Assembly: GCA_963837825.1 (NCBI GenBank)
Contig: CAWIOR010000011.1
Span: 259,414 to 323,413, forward strand
Direction: 5' to 3'
Source: an uncultured Chloroflexia bacterium
GTDB lineage: Bacteria; Chloroflexota; Limnocylindria; Limnocylindrales; CSP1-4
Length of the DNA stretch: 64,000 bases
Made by a program: the position numbers and the translations under genes. The stretch's first letter is position 1. Every line of letters starts with the position of its first letter. A model generated the notes under the pieces. It ran no database searches. It worked only from the letters and a program-made list of their open reading frames with translations, and was not told the origin of the DNA. This document shows, piece after piece, positions 41,785 to 51,639 of the stretch.

Positions 41785-42576
41785 CTACGGCAGCCCGGCG
41801 ATGAGTCCGCCGTCGATCGCCGTGAACGTCCCGGTCTGATAGCCCGCCTGCTCGGAGCAGAGGTAGGCGACGTAGGCGGCCAGCTCCTCCGGCCGACCGT
41901 AGCGGCCGGCCGGGATCGCCGCGAGGCGACTCGCCCGGGCCGCCTCGAGCGTCGCGCCGGTCCGCTCCGCCAGCCCCCGGTCGAGACTCTCGACGCGCGG
42001 GGTCTGGAGCCGGCCGGGAAGCACGCCGTTGACCGTCACCCCGGCGGCCGCGACGGCCCCGGCTGTCGTCTTCAGCCAGCCGGTCAGGGCACCGCGCCCC
42101 GCGTTGGAGTAGACCAGATCCGGGATCGGCTGGCGGATGCCCGACGACAGGATCGCCACGATCCGTCCCCAGCCCCGCTCACGCATCGCGGGAAGGAGGG
42201 CGGTCGTCAGCTCGATCGGGGTGATCGCCAGGAGCTGGAACGCCCGCGTCCAGCCGGCCGCGTCGGTCGCTGTCGGGTCGCTCGTCGGCGGACCGCCCGC
42301 GTTCAGGACGACGATGTCGACCGTCCCGAGGCCGGCCAGCGCCTCCGCGGCGATCCGGCTCCCGGTTCCGGGCTCCGCCGCATCGCCCTCGAGGACGACC
42401 ACCTCGCTCCCGAACCGGTCGCGCAGGTCGTCCGCCACCGCGTCGAGGCCCGCCCGGCCGCGCGACCAGATCGCCAGGCGGCATCCCTCGGCCGCCAGCG
42501 CCGTCGCGCAGGCCCGGCCGAGGCCGGACGAGGCGCCACCCACGAGGGCCGTCCGGCCGGTCAGTCCGAGATCCAT
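41785..42576 (-). CDS. SDR-family oxidoreductase
   Basis: TALVGGASSGLGRACA (TGxxxGxG) ...NAGG...Y..AGRGAL... Confidence 0.85.
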   Translation of the reverse strand: MDLGLTGRTALVGGASSGLGRACATALAAEGCRLAIWSRGRAGLDAVADDLRDRFGSEVVVLEGDAAEPGTGSRIAAEALAGLGTVDIVVLNAGGPPTSDPTATDAAGWTRAFQLLAITPIELTTALLPAMRERGWGRIVAILSSGIRQPIPDLVYSNAGRGALTGWLKTTAGAVAAAGVTVNGVLPGRLQTPRVESLDRGLAERTGATLEAARASRLAAIPAGRYGRPEELAAYVAYLCSEQAGYQTGTFTAIDGGLIAGLP

Positions 42577-42593
42577 CGCTTCCTCCGCGGGTT

Positions 42594-43556
42594 TCAGGGC
42601 GTCGGCGAGTATGGGTCGATCGACGGCTCGATCCCGAGCCGCTCGAGGATCGCCTGCAGGGCGTCGATCGTCGCACCGTCGAGCGGACCGCCCAGCCCGC
42701 GAGTGCCCGCGTGGGCGAGCGCTCCCCGCCGGCGGAGGACCTCCTTGCGGATGGCCAGGCCGACGACCGGCTGGGCCTCATAGGCCAGTAATGGCAGGTA
42801 GCGGTCGAACAGGCGGCCCGCCCGTTCGCGATCACCGGCCTCGAGCGCCTGGCGGACGGCGCGCAGGACCTCGGGATAGGCGAACCCGGTCATCGTCCCG
42901 CAGGCGCCGCGCTCGAGCTCCCAGAGGGCGGCCGCACCGCCCAGCCCTCCGAACACCGCGAGACCCGGGTCGGCGGCCAGGAGCCGGGCGATCTTCGGCG
43001 GGGTCGGCGGATCCTCGAGCTTGACCGTCCGTGCGCCAGATGCCTCGAGGCAGGCAAGGAGGACGCTGACCGGGACGGTCACCCCCGTCGCCGCCGGCTC
43101 GTCCTGGACGATCAGCGGCAGGCCGGCGGCGGCGGCCACGGACCGGTAGAACCCGGGCAGGAGATCGACGTTCCGCAGGAGCGGCGGCGGGGCGACCATC
43201 GCCGCGACCGCGCCGAGGCGGCGAGCCTCCGCGCCGTGGGCGGCCACGACCCCCACCGAGGCGCCGGAGCAGCCGACCGCCACGGGCACCCGTCCGGCGG
43301 CGGCGTCGACGATCGTCCGCAGGGCGGCGTCGCGCTCCGCCGGGCTGAGGCTGGCCGGCTCCGCCATGACGCCCATCGCGGTCAGGCCGTCGACGCCCCA
43401 GCCGATCGCCGCGTCGACGAGGGTCGCCAGCGATGGCGCGTCGAGGGAGCCGTCCACGTCGAACGGCGTAGGCAGGATGTACCACGTCCCGCGCAGGTCC
43501 GGGCCGCCGGGCAGGTGCCCCGTGCGTGCGATCGTCATCGCCGGCAATGGTGCCAC
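42594..43556 (-). CDS. Dihydrodipicolinate synthase/N-acetylneuraminate lyase family protein
   Basis: ...YILPTPFDVDGSLD...GVDGLTAMGVMAEPASLSPAER... is the DapA-family TIM barrel pattern. Confidence 0.75.
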   Translation of the reverse strand: MAPLPAMTIARTGHLPGGPDLRGTWYILPTPFDVDGSLDAPSLATLVDAAIGWGVDGLTAMGVMAEPASLSPAERDAALRTIVDAAAGRVPVAVGCSGASVGVVAAHGAEARRLGAVAAMVAPPPLLRNVDLLPGFYRSVAAAAGLPLIVQDEPAATGVTVPVSVLLACLEASGARTVKLEDPPTPPKIARLLAADPGLAVFGGLGGAAALWELERGACGTMTGFAYPEVLRAVRQALEAGDRERAGRLFDRYLPLLAYEAQPVVGLAIRKEVLRRRGALAHAGTRGLGGPLDGATIDALQAILERLGIEPSIDPYSPTP

Positions 43557-43642
43557 GCGCCGGGCGGCCGGAGCTGGTCAGCTGCCGTGACCCGAAGGTC
43601 TGACGCGGACCGGGACGAGTCGGTCATGCCCGGTCCCGCTCG

Positions 43643-43912
43643 ATGGGCCCATCGTTCGAGGCGATGGGAACGGACCCCGTGCTCGCCGAGTACCTGCCGG
43701 TCCTGTACCGCGTGGCCCTCGATGCCATCGATGAGCTGGCCCGACGCGGCGGACGGGCCGAGGCCGCGCGGCTCAGGCTGGTGGCCGGCCGCGCCTACAG
43801 CCGGTCCTGGGACGACGGCTGCCGCCGCGTCCTCGAGGGGGTCGTCGTCAAGGCCCACGCCGCGGCGGGCACCCCCGTGCCGATGCTCCCGCTGGCCGGG
43901 TTCCTCGCGTAG
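43643..43912 (+). CDS. Hypothetical protein (89 aa)
   Basis: High GC3 and protein-like composition; no family recognised. Confidence 0.5.
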   Translation: MGPSFEAMGTDPVLAEYLPVLYRVALDAIDELARRGGRAEAARLRLVAGRAYSRSWDDGCRRVLEGVVVKAHAAAGTPVPMLPLAGFLA

Positions 43913-43977
43913 GGCCCGACCCGGCCGTCGACCGCCGGCGGCGGGTCGAGCGAGCCGGCTTCGGCTAGGCTGCGGCC

Positions 43978-44277
43978 ATGACCACCGTCATCCGGGACCT
44001 GGTCGACCGCTCCGTGACGGCCCATCGCTCGCTGGCCGATCTCGGCGAGGAGGTCGACGACGAATGGTCGTACGTCAACGACCTGCATGCCGCCTGGTCG
44101 GAGCGACTCGCCGCGGTCGGGGCCGTCCGCGGCGACGAGCCCGCCGGCAGCGAGGCCGAGGCGGCGGTCGAACGGGCGATCGGCGAGCTCGACCTGATCT
44201 CCGACCCGCACCGGGCGATCGACTGGCTGTCGACGTTCCCGCAGGTCGTCCTGCTCGCCCTCGGCGAGCCGGCCTGA
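43978..44277 (+). CDS. Hypothetical protein (99 aa, acidic)
   Basis: High GC3; no family recognised. Confidence 0.5.
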   Translation: MTTVIRDLVDRSVTAHRSLADLGEEVDDEWSYVNDLHAAWSERLAAVGAVRGDEPAGSEAEAAVERAIGELDLISDPHRAIDWLSTFPQVVLLALGEPA

Positions 44278-44287
44278 CGGACGCCCG

Positions 44288-44986
44288 ATGCGCTTCCAGG
44301 ATGCGGCGCGCGACGGTCGGGCGGTCGTCTACGCGGCGATCCAGGCCGACCCGCTGGTCGCTCGCGCGGCCGCCATCCTGGCCGACGCCGACCGAGCCGG
44401 ACGGATCCTCGCCCGGGCCGTCATGAACGGCGAGTCGACCGACCCGGCGGCCTGGCGAGCGATGTTCCCGACCCTGCTCACGGAGGCGGCGCCGCCGCCC
44501 GAACGGGCGCGGGCGGAAGCGATCCTGGCCGTCTCCCTCGAGGTCGCCGAGCGCGGCGAGCAGGTCCGCAGCCAGGTCCGGGGCGCGATCGTCGAGGCGC
44601 TCACGGCCCGCCTCCTCGCCCGGCGCGATCCCGTCGTCGCCGGTGCCGTCAGGCGAGAGCGGCGGATCCTGTTCGACGGCGTCGCCGCCGAGATCCACCC
44701 GTACGACGTGACGGTCGAGACCCCCGATCGCGCCGAGGCCTGGGACTGCAAATGGGGAGCGCGCGGGATCGGTGCGGACGTGCTCCACCAGCTCGACGAC
44801 GCGCGGATCCACGCCACCGACGAGGAGGAGCGGCTGGCGGTCGGGCTCGTCGTCTTCGACGCCGAGCGATCGTGTCGGGTCCGGCTCGACGGCCAGACGG
44901 CGCCGAGCGAGGGGACCCGCCTGGTCACGCTCGAGACGCTCGACGAGCTGGCCCGATCGGATCGGTCCCCCGGCGCGCCCGGATGA
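44288..44986 (+). CDS. Hypothetical protein with a possible PD-(D/E)xK-like motif (HPYDV...EAWDCKWG)
   Basis: 232 aa, with an ATGA overlap onto the downstream thioesterase gene. The motif assignment is tentative. Confidence 0.55.
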   Translation: MRFQDAARDGRAVVYAAIQADPLVARAAAILADADRAGRILARAVMNGESTDPAAWRAMFPTLLTEAAPPPERARAEAILAVSLEVAERGEQVRSQVRGAIVEALTARLLARRDPVVAGAVRRERRILFDGVAAEIHPYDVTVETPDRAEAWDCKWGARGIGADVLHQLDDARIHATDEEERLAVGLVVFDAERSCRVRLDGQTAPSEGTRLVTLETLDELARSDRSPGAPG

Positions 44987-45771
44987 CCGCTCGCCCCGAC
45001 GGCGTCGAGCTCGGACCGCCGACCGAGGACGAGCGACGCGCCAGCGCTCCGTTCCGGGTCCGCTTCGACGAGGCGACCCCGGGCGGGCTGATCCGCACCT
45101 CGGTCCTGCTCCGCTTTGCCGCGGACCTCGCCTGGGTCCACTCCGAGCGGCGGGGCATCGGCCGGGCCTGGTATCGCCAGCGCGGGCTCGCCTGGCTCGT
45201 CAGGGGCGCCGCGCTGGAGCTCGTCCGGCCGATCGCCTACGGGGATGTCATCGTCGGGACGACCGAGCCCACGGCCGCGCGCAAGGTCCTGGCCCGGCGC
45301 GAGACCGCCTTCCGGGCGGCCGACGGTTCGACGGTGGCGAACCTGACCGTCGATTGGGCGTTGACCGATTCGACCGGCGCTCCGACCCGGATCCCGGCCG
45401 TCTTCGCGACCGCGTTCGGGGTGCCGGATGGGACATTCACTCCCGTCCGCGTCCGGGCGATCCCGTCCGCCGGGGCGGCGACGACGACGATCGAGCTGCG
45501 CATCCGGCCGCACGAGCTCGACCCGCTGGGTCACGTCAACAACGCTGTCTACCTCGACTGGGCGGAGGAGGCGATCCGGTCGAGCGGGACCGTCGACGCG
45601 GTCGAAGCGCTCGATGCGATCCCACGCCGCTGGCGGCTCGAGTATCTCGGCGCGGCCTCTCCCGCGGCGTCCGCCCTGGCCATCGCCTGGGCCTGGGACG
45701 GCGGATGGTCGGTCCGGATCGTCGACGCCACGACCGGCGAGCCCTTCGTCGGGGCGCGACTGGAGGCGTGA
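44983..45771 (+). CDS. Acyl-ACP/acyl-CoA thioesterase (double hotdog)
   Basis: From ATG 44983 in ORF 44752..45771: ...FRVRFDEATPGGLIR...IRPHELDPLGHVNNAVYLDWAEEA... Confidence 0.65.
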   Translation: MTARPDGVELGPPTEDERRASAPFRVRFDEATPGGLIRTSVLLRFAADLAWVHSERRGIGRAWYRQRGLAWLVRGAALELVRPIAYGDVIVGTTEPTAARKVLARRETAFRAADGSTVANLTVDWALTDSTGAPTRIPAVFATAFGVPDGTFTPVRVRAIPSAGAATTTIELRIRPHELDPLGHVNNAVYLDWAEEAIRSSGTVDAVEALDAIPRRWRLEYLGAASPAASALAIAWAWDGGWSVRIVDATTGEPFVGARLEA

Positions 45772-46093
45772 ACGCACCGCGTCTGCCGTCGCGGGCCGCA
45801 TCGGTCCGGGGCGCCACCCGGACGGCTCGGTGCGGACGGTCACCGGACCACCCCACCTGACGCCACGCGAGCCCACCGCGACCCGGACGAAGGTACCGGC
45901 CCGGGCAGGACCGTGCAGCGGCGCACCGCCCCGACCACGGCCGGTACCACCCGCCACCCTCGCCGGCGGGGACCTTCGCGCTATGGCCTGTCACCGGGTG
46001 CGTCGCGACGATTGCGGCGAGTCCGAACGATCCGCGCCCCGAGCCCACGGGTCGCGCCCCTTCGACGTGCACCTTGGGGAGTGTCGAGGCCAG

Positions 46094-47653
46094 GTGACGA
46101 TCACTGCAGAGACGGGCCTCGCTCTGGGGATCCTGACGGTGGCCCTGCTGGGCGCCCTGATCGGGACCGCCGGGTATGCCGCCACGATCGGACGGCGCCA
46201 GATGCACCGGATCGTGGCCCTCGCCGAGCAGCTCGCGACGGCGACCGATCTGACTGCGACGGTCGACACCCGCAAGGTCGAGGACGCCCGGCTGCGGGCC
46301 GGGTTCGGTCGGCTGGCCGAGCGGATGGGCCAGGCGTGGACCCTCGCGACCGTCGATCTGCTGACCGGGGCGCTCAACCGCCAGGCGCTCCTCGCCCGCC
46401 TCGAGGAGGAGCTCGACCGCTCCGCCCGCTACCAGCGCCCGTGCTCGATCGTCCTCGTCGACCTCGACCACTTCAAGCGGGTCAACGACACCCACGGGCA
46501 CATGGCCGGCGACGCGGTCCTGCGCGAGGTCGCCGACGTGCTGCGGACGAACGTACGGAGCGTCGACCTTGTCGGCCGCTACGGCGGCGAGGAGTTCATG
46601 ATCGTGATGCCCGAGACCGACGCGGACGCCGCGGCGGCCAGCGCGGAGAAGCTCCGTCGCCTCGTCGGGTCGCGCCAGGTCCGCCTCGATGACGGCCACG
46701 TCCTGGCCGTCACCCTGAGCGCCGGGGTCGCCGGTGGGCTCGGCCAGTTCCTCCAGCTCGACGCGCTCATCCGCGACGCCGACGCCGCGCTCTACTCGGC
46801 GAAGTCGCTCGGGCGGGACCAGGTCTACGTCTTCCACGAGCTCGAGGAGGGCAGCCTGGTCCGGCGGGCAGCGATCGGGCCACAGGCGCGCGAGCGCGCG
46901 GTCGAGGTCGGGCGTGCGGCGATGGGCGCCGCGACCGCCGCCCTCAAGGACGCCCTCGAGGCGCGCCCGGCCTGGGCCGGCAAGCCGTCGACGATGATCG
47001 CCGAGATGGCCGTCAGCCTGGCCCGGGCGCTCGATCTCCCGGACGGCGAGGTCGAGCGGGTCCGGACGGCCAGCCTCCTCCACGATCTGGGCAAGCTGGC
47101 GATCCCGGACGAGATCCTGACCAACCCCGGCGAGCTGACCGATCCCGAGTGGCGGGTCGTCTCCGAGCATCCGAAGATCGGCCAGGTCGTCCTCGAGCAG
47201 GCGGGCGCCCTGCGCGATGCGGCGACGATCGTCCTTCATCACCACGAGTGGTACGACGGTCGTGGCTATCCCCACGGCCTGTCGGGCCAGGAGATCCCGG
47301 TCGGGGCGCGGATCGTCGCGATCGCCGACGCCTACGAGGCGATGGTCGCCGGTCGACCCTATCGGCGGGCGGTCAGTCACGACCAGGCGATCGCCGAGCT
47401 CCGCCGTCACGCCGGGATCCAGTTCGATCCCGACCTCGTCCGCATGTTCGGCGTGCTGTTCGCCGACGGCGTTCCCTGGCGACCGGACGCCCACGACTTC
47501 GCCCTCGCCCATCCCCTTGTCGGCGACCCGCGGACCCACGCCCAGATCCACGACGAGCTCCACGATCGCCGCCGGATGGCCGTCCCGACGGACGGTGACG
47601 ACGACGTGACCGCGGCCGCGCTCGTCGACGCGGCGACCGGGACGACCGGCTGA
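46094..47653 (+). CDS. Membrane-anchored GGDEF (GGEEF) diguanylate cyclase fused to an HD-GYP phosphodiesterase domain; alternative GTG start at 46067
   Basis: ...LTGALNRQALL...DLDHFKRVNDTHGHMAGD...GRYGGEEFMIVMP... then ...LLHDLGKLAIPD...HHHEWYDGRGYPHGL... Confidence 0.88.
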   Translation: MTITAETGLALGILTVALLGALIGTAGYAATIGRRQMHRIVALAEQLATATDLTATVDTRKVEDARLRAGFGRLAERMGQAWTLATVDLLTGALNRQALLARLEEELDRSARYQRPCSIVLVDLDHFKRVNDTHGHMAGDAVLREVADVLRTNVRSVDLVGRYGGEEFMIVMPETDADAAAASAEKLRRLVGSRQVRLDDGHVLAVTLSAGVAGGLGQFLQLDALIRDADAALYSAKSLGRDQVYVFHELEEGSLVRRAAIGPQARERAVEVGRAAMGAATAALKDALEARPAWAGKPSTMIAEMAVSLARALDLPDGEVERVRTASLLHDLGKLAIPDEILTNPGELTDPEWRVVSEHPKIGQVVLEQAGALRDAATIVLHHHEWYDGRGYPHGLSGQEIPVGARIVAIADAYEAMVAGRPYRRAVSHDQAIAELRRHAGIQFDPDLVRMFGVLFADGVPWRPDAHDFALAHPLVGDPRTHAQIHDELHDRRRMAVPTDGDDDVTAAALVDAATGTTG

Positions 47654-47655
47654 CC

Positions 47656-48069
47656 ATGCGGCAGGGATCACCGACCGACCCGATCCGCCGCCTGCTCGCC
47701 AGACTGGTCGTCCGCCCTCCCCGGCGGACTTCATCGGACGACGGTCCGCCTCCGGCCGAGGTCGACATGCGGCTGCCGGAGCAGCGCCTCATCGACGCCT
47801 CCGCCCGGTACGACCGGATCCTGACCGGCGACGATCCCTCGCGCCGCTGGCACGACGCCGCCGCGGCCGGGGTCAGGACGGTCAGGGCCACGGATCCCTC
47901 GGAGGCCGGCGCACCGGCCTGGGTCCGCCGGCTCGGCGATCCGAACGCCACCGGGGCGGCGCAAGCCGGGACCGTCCCGGTCGAGTCCACCCCGGTCGAG
48001 TCGGCGCCGGCCCGCCCGGCGGCCGGTCCGGTCGGCCGGCCGCCACGCGAGCGCCGCCCACGACGCTGA
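47656..48069 (+). CDS. Hypothetical protein (137 aa)
   Basis: Good GC3 and an ATG 3 nt after the upstream stop; no family recognised. Confidence 0.45.
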   Translation: MRQGSPTDPIRRLLARLVVRPPRRTSSDDGPPPAEVDMRLPEQRLIDASARYDRILTGDDPSRRWHDAAAAGVRTVRATDPSEAGAPAWVRRLGDPNATGAAQAGTVPVESTPVESAPARPAAGPVGRPPRERRPRR

Positions 48070-48102
48070 CCCGACCGTCGCGTCCGTCGGGACGAGCGCA
48101 CG

Positions 48103-49335
48103 ATGGCCGCCTATCCTGCCCGCATGACCCGCACGATCTTCACCGGCGGCCTCGTCTTCGACGGGACGGGCGCGCCGCCGGCCGCGGCCGACGTCGTCGT
48201 CGAGGACGGCCGGTTCGTGGCGGTCGGCCCCGGCCTCGATGGTGACGACGCGGTCGACGTCGCCGGCCGGACGCTGCTGCCGGGCCTGTTCGACTGCCAC
48301 AGCCACGTGATGTTCAGCCACGTCGACGCGTGGCGCCACGTGAACACCCCGTTCTCGTACCCGTTCTACGCCGCGATCGCGAACCTCGGGGCGACCCTCG
48401 AGGCTGGGATCACGACCGTCCGCGACGCCGGCGGCGCCGACCTCGGGCTCCAGCAGGCGGTGGCCGACGGGCTCGTCCGCGGACCGCGCCTCCGGATCTC
48501 GATCACGATGCTCAGCCAGACCGGGGGCCACGGCGACGACTGGTTCCCGTCGGGCTACGAAGCCGGCTTCGGGGTCCCCCATCCCGGGCGACCGTCGGGG
48601 ATCGTCGACGGCCCCGAGGAGGTCCGGCACAAGGTCCGCGAGCTCATCCGCGCCGGAGCGAACCAGATCAAGGTGGCGACCTCGGGCGGTGTCCTGTCGC
48701 CCCGCGACGATCCCCGCCACGGCCACTTCCGCGACGACGAGCTGGCCGCCCTCGTGGCCGAGGCCGACGCGGCCGGGATCCCGGTCATGGCCCACGCCCA
48801 GGGCGCCCCGGGGATCAAGGCGGCGATCCGGGCCGGCATCCGCTCGATCGAGCACGGCATCTACCTCGACGACGAGGCGATCGAGCTCATGCTCGCCCGC
48901 GGCACCTTCTTCGTCCCGACCCTGGTCGCGCCGATGGGCGTCATCGAGGCCGCCGAGGCGGGCGCCCCGATCCCCGCCCCGATCGTGGCCAAGGCACTGG
49001 CCGTGGTCGACATCCACCGGGATGCGTTCCGGCGGGCCGTGGCCGCCGGGGTCCGGATCGCCATGGGCACCGACAGCGGGGTCACCCCGCACGGTCGGAA
49101 CCTCGACGAGCTCGTCCTGATGGCGGCCGGCGGGATGACGCCGAGCGCGGTCCTTGTGGCTACCACGAGCGCCGCCGCCGAGCTGCTCGGGTTGGCCGAC
49201 GAGCTCGGGACGATCGAGCCCGGCAAGCGCGCCGACCTCGTCGTCGTCGACGGCGACCCGTTCGTGTTCGCCGGCCTGCGTGACCGGATCCGGGCCGTCT
49301 ACCAGGATGGCCGGCTGGTGGCCGGGAAGGCCTAG
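48103..49335 (+). CDS. Amidohydrolase-family metallo-hydrolase
   Basis: ...LLPGLFDCHSHV...IKVATSGG...VMAHAQG...IEHG...MGTDSG...ADLVVVDGDP... is the amidohydrolase metal-ligand pattern. Confidence 0.85.
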   Translation: MAAYPARMTRTIFTGGLVFDGTGAPPAAADVVVEDGRFVAVGPGLDGDDAVDVAGRTLLPGLFDCHSHVMFSHVDAWRHVNTPFSYPFYAAIANLGATLEAGITTVRDAGGADLGLQQAVADGLVRGPRLRISITMLSQTGGHGDDWFPSGYEAGFGVPHPGRPSGIVDGPEEVRHKVRELIRAGANQIKVATSGGVLSPRDDPRHGHFRDDELAALVAEADAAGIPVMAHAQGAPGIKAAIRAGIRSIEHGIYLDDEAIELMLARGTFFVPTLVAPMGVIEAAEAGAPIPAPIVAKALAVVDIHRDAFRRAVAAGVRIAMGTDSGVTPHGRNLDELVLMAAGGMTPSAVLVATTSAAAELLGLADELGTIEPGKRADLVVVDGDPFVFAGLRDRIRAVYQDGRLVAGKA

Positions 49336-49700
49336 CCGGCGAGCACGGCGGAGGCGGCCAGCCCGAGCCCGATCGCCCCCACCCAGAGCGTTCCGACGAT
49401 GATCGCCAGGACCCGCCAGCGGGCGATGAGCAGCGCGCCGGACAGAGCGGCCACGCTCGTGCCGGCGCCGGTGATGAGGAACGCCATCGCCGGTCCGCTA
49501 CCGATGCCGCCGTGCATCGCGACGCCAGCAGCGGGAGGCTCGCCTCGGTGCTGAAGTAGAACGGGACACCGAGCGTGGCGGCGAGGACCACGGACAACGG
49601 GTCGGAGCCACCGAGGAGCGTCGTCAGCCAGGCCGTCGGCAGGAGCGCGATGGCATGGCCCGCATCTGTGCCGAAGGGCTCTGGTGCCCGCGTCCGGCCG
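49332..49700 (-). pseudogene. C-terminal fragment of a DUF318/ArsP-like permease, frameshifted and lacking its N-terminal part
   Basis: Two frames give ...IALLPTAWLTTLLGGSDPLSVVLAATLGVPFYFSTEASLPLLAS then ...MHGGIGSGPAMAFLITGAGTSVAALSGALLIARWRVLAIIVGTLWVGAIGLGLAASAVLAG. No credible upstream continuation. Confidence 0.45.
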
Positions 49701-49722
49701 CGAGCATGCTGTCTGATCGGGG

Positions 49723-50160
49723 GTGGTCGCCATGTCGTTGAAACGTCTCGGGGGGATCGGTCCCGGGCACGCGGCGACGGACGAAGGACGCACGATCCGA
49801 CTCGGCGACGCCGCGATCACGTGTGCCGTGCTGCCGCTGGTCGTGTCCGTCGCGGTCGCGATCGCGGGCATCGTGGCGCGGGAGCCGAGGCTCCTGGCCC
49901 TGGTCGTGATGGCCCTTCCGCTCGCGGCGCTGGGTTGGGTCGGTCGACGCCATCCGGCTCCGGTCGGGGCGTTCCTGGCGATCGCCGGCAGCCTCGTCGC
50001 GGTCGCCTATCCGCTCCTCAACGCGGGTCTGGCCACGGAGATCGTGGTCGCGGTCGAGGCCGGTCTCCTGCTGCCGGCGGTCGCGGCAGGACTCCTGTTC
50101 CTGCGCCTGAGCCGCCAGGTCCGGACCGATCCGCGGGGCCGGCCGTCGGGCACCGGATGA
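49723..50160 (+). CDS. Hypothetical membrane protein
   Basis: 145 aa with 3-4 TM segments and good GC3. Confidence 0.6.
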   Translation: MVAMSLKRLGGIGPGHAATDEGRTIRLGDAAITCAVLPLVVSVAVAIAGIVAREPRLLALVVMALPLAALGWVGRRHPAPVGAFLAIAGSLVAVAYPLLNAGLATEIVVAVEAGLLLPAVAAGLLFLRLSRQVRTDPRGRPSGTG

Positions 50161-50417
50161 TGGGCGTGCGCCGGCACGTCCGTGGCCTGCCGGCTCTCGT
50201 CGCGGCGATGTTGCTCGCCGGGTGCGTCGGCCCAGGCTCGGCCAGCCTGACCCCGGTCGGCGTGCCGAGCGGCGCGGGTGACTCCGGGCTGCTCCCGGGG
50301 TGCCCGGTCACCATCATCGCCTCCGCAGATCTGAAACCATCGCTGCCGGCTTGGCAGGTTCACGCGAGCCGGCAGCGTCGATTGTCGCTGGCCGGGGTCA
50401 GCAGGACGGGACGGTGA
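50157..50417 (+). CDS. Possible small lipoprotein
   Basis: ATGA overlap with the upstream gene; MMGVRRHVRGLPALVAAMLLAGC lipobox. The C-terminus overlaps a convergent gene, so the extent is doubtful. Confidence 0.35.
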   Translation: MMGVRRHVRGLPALVAAMLLAGCVGPGSASLTPVGVPSGAGDSGLLPGCPVTIIASADLKPSLPAWQVHASRQRRLSLAGVSRTGR

Positions 50418-50988
50418 CCGGCCGATCTTCGACCAGGTCGAGCAGTCCGTTGGTCTCGATGAGCTCGGGGCTCGGCGGCACGCCGAGCAATTCGAGGGTC
50501 TTGCTGTAGAAGGCCCGCGCCGCTGCGGCGAGGACGACGTCGAAGATCTCGCCATCGTCGAGCCCGAGGGACCGCAGCCCCTCGATGTCGGCGGGGCCGA
50601 CCCGATGGGCGTCGATCGCGACCTTCTCGGCGAGGTCCATCATCGCGACCTCGAGCGGCTCGAGGCCGGCGTCCCGGAAGTTGCGAACGATCGCCTCGAG
50701 TTGCGACTGGTCGACGAGGCCGTTCCGCAGTAGCACGGCGCCATGGGCGCTGACGCAGGCCCGACAGCCCAGGGCACGCGCCGCCGCGATCGTCACCAGC
50801 TCGTAGCGGCGGAGGTGGATCGTCTTCCGCAGTTCCTTGACCAGCTCCCGCCAGGCAACTTGGATCGCCGGGCGGAGGCTGAACAGGATCGAATCGGTCG
50901 TGACATAGCCGAGGCTTGCCAGGTCACGGTCGTGCAGCTCACGGACTGGGCCTGTCGCCGCTTCCGGGCCGAATGTCTCGATGTACAC
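50398..50988 (-). CDS. AhpD-like / carboxymuconolactone decarboxylase-family protein
   Basis: From GTG 50988 in ORF 50398..51198: ...YELVTIAAARALGCRACVSAHGAVL... is a CxxC AhpD-type motif. Confidence 0.7.
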   Translation of the reverse strand: MYIETFGPEAATGPVRELHDRDLASLGYVTTDSILFSLRPAIQVAWRELVKELRKTIHLRRYELVTIAAARALGCRACVSAHGAVLLRNGLVDQSQLEAIVRNFRDAGLEPLEVAMMDLAEKVAIDAHRVGPADIEGLRSLGLDDGEIFDVVLAAAARAFYSKTLELLGVPPSPELIETNGLLDLVEDRPVTVPSC

Positions 50989-50993
50989 GACCC

Positions 50994-51515
50994 TCAGCCC
51001 TGGGCCGCCGTGCGGAGCGCGACCGCGTTCGGGTTGCGGAGCGCAAGGAAGATCGGGCAGCGGCGCTGCCAGGCATCGAACATCGGCCCGGTCTTCGAAT
51101 CGGGATCGGGCGTGTTGACGGTGATCTCGATCTCGAGATCGGTCAGGTCCGGGACGGCGCCCTCGATCCCGACGAGACCGGCGAGGTCGGCGCGGCACCG
51201 CGCCACGGCCGTGATGCCGTTGACGGTCACGCCGAACTCGGGCGCAAGGGTGTCGCTGATGAAGACGATCCCGCAGGCGGCCAGCGCGCCGAGGAGGTAC
51301 GCCGTCGGGCTTGGAGCGACGTTGGTGCCGCCGATCGACAGTGGGAGATCCGCCTCCCAGTTGTGGGGGCCGGCAGACAGGTGGGCCCGGCCGTCCGCGA
51401 GGGTCGCGGTCACCGCGGGCGTCGTCCGCCCTGCCGTCGGATCAGCGCGGAACCTTGCACCGGTCTCCATGAGGACGCTCGTCATCGTCGGAACCTCCAA
51501 GTGCTGCACCGACAC
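50994..51515 (-). CDS. OsmC-family protein
   Basis: ...GGTNVAPSPTAYLLGALAACGIVF...RRCPIFLAL... is the OsmC/Ohr pattern. Confidence 0.75.
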   Translation of the reverse strand: MSVQHLEVPTMTSVLMETGARFRADPTAGRTTPAVTATLADGRAHLSAGPHNWEADLPLSIGGTNVAPSPTAYLLGALAACGIVFISDTLAPEFGVTVNGITAVARCRADLAGLVGIEGAVPDLTDLEIEITVNTPDPDSKTGPMFDAWQRRCPIFLALRNPNAVALRTAAQG

Positions 51516-51639
51516 GCTCGGCCGGCGTCGCCCGGATGTTCACGCCCCGGCGGGTGCGGACGGAACCGGGGTTCCACCCAATCGCATGCAGGAGATCGCG
51601 GCGTTGGTGGCGCGGTGCACGCAGTGCGTGGTCCGGGGG

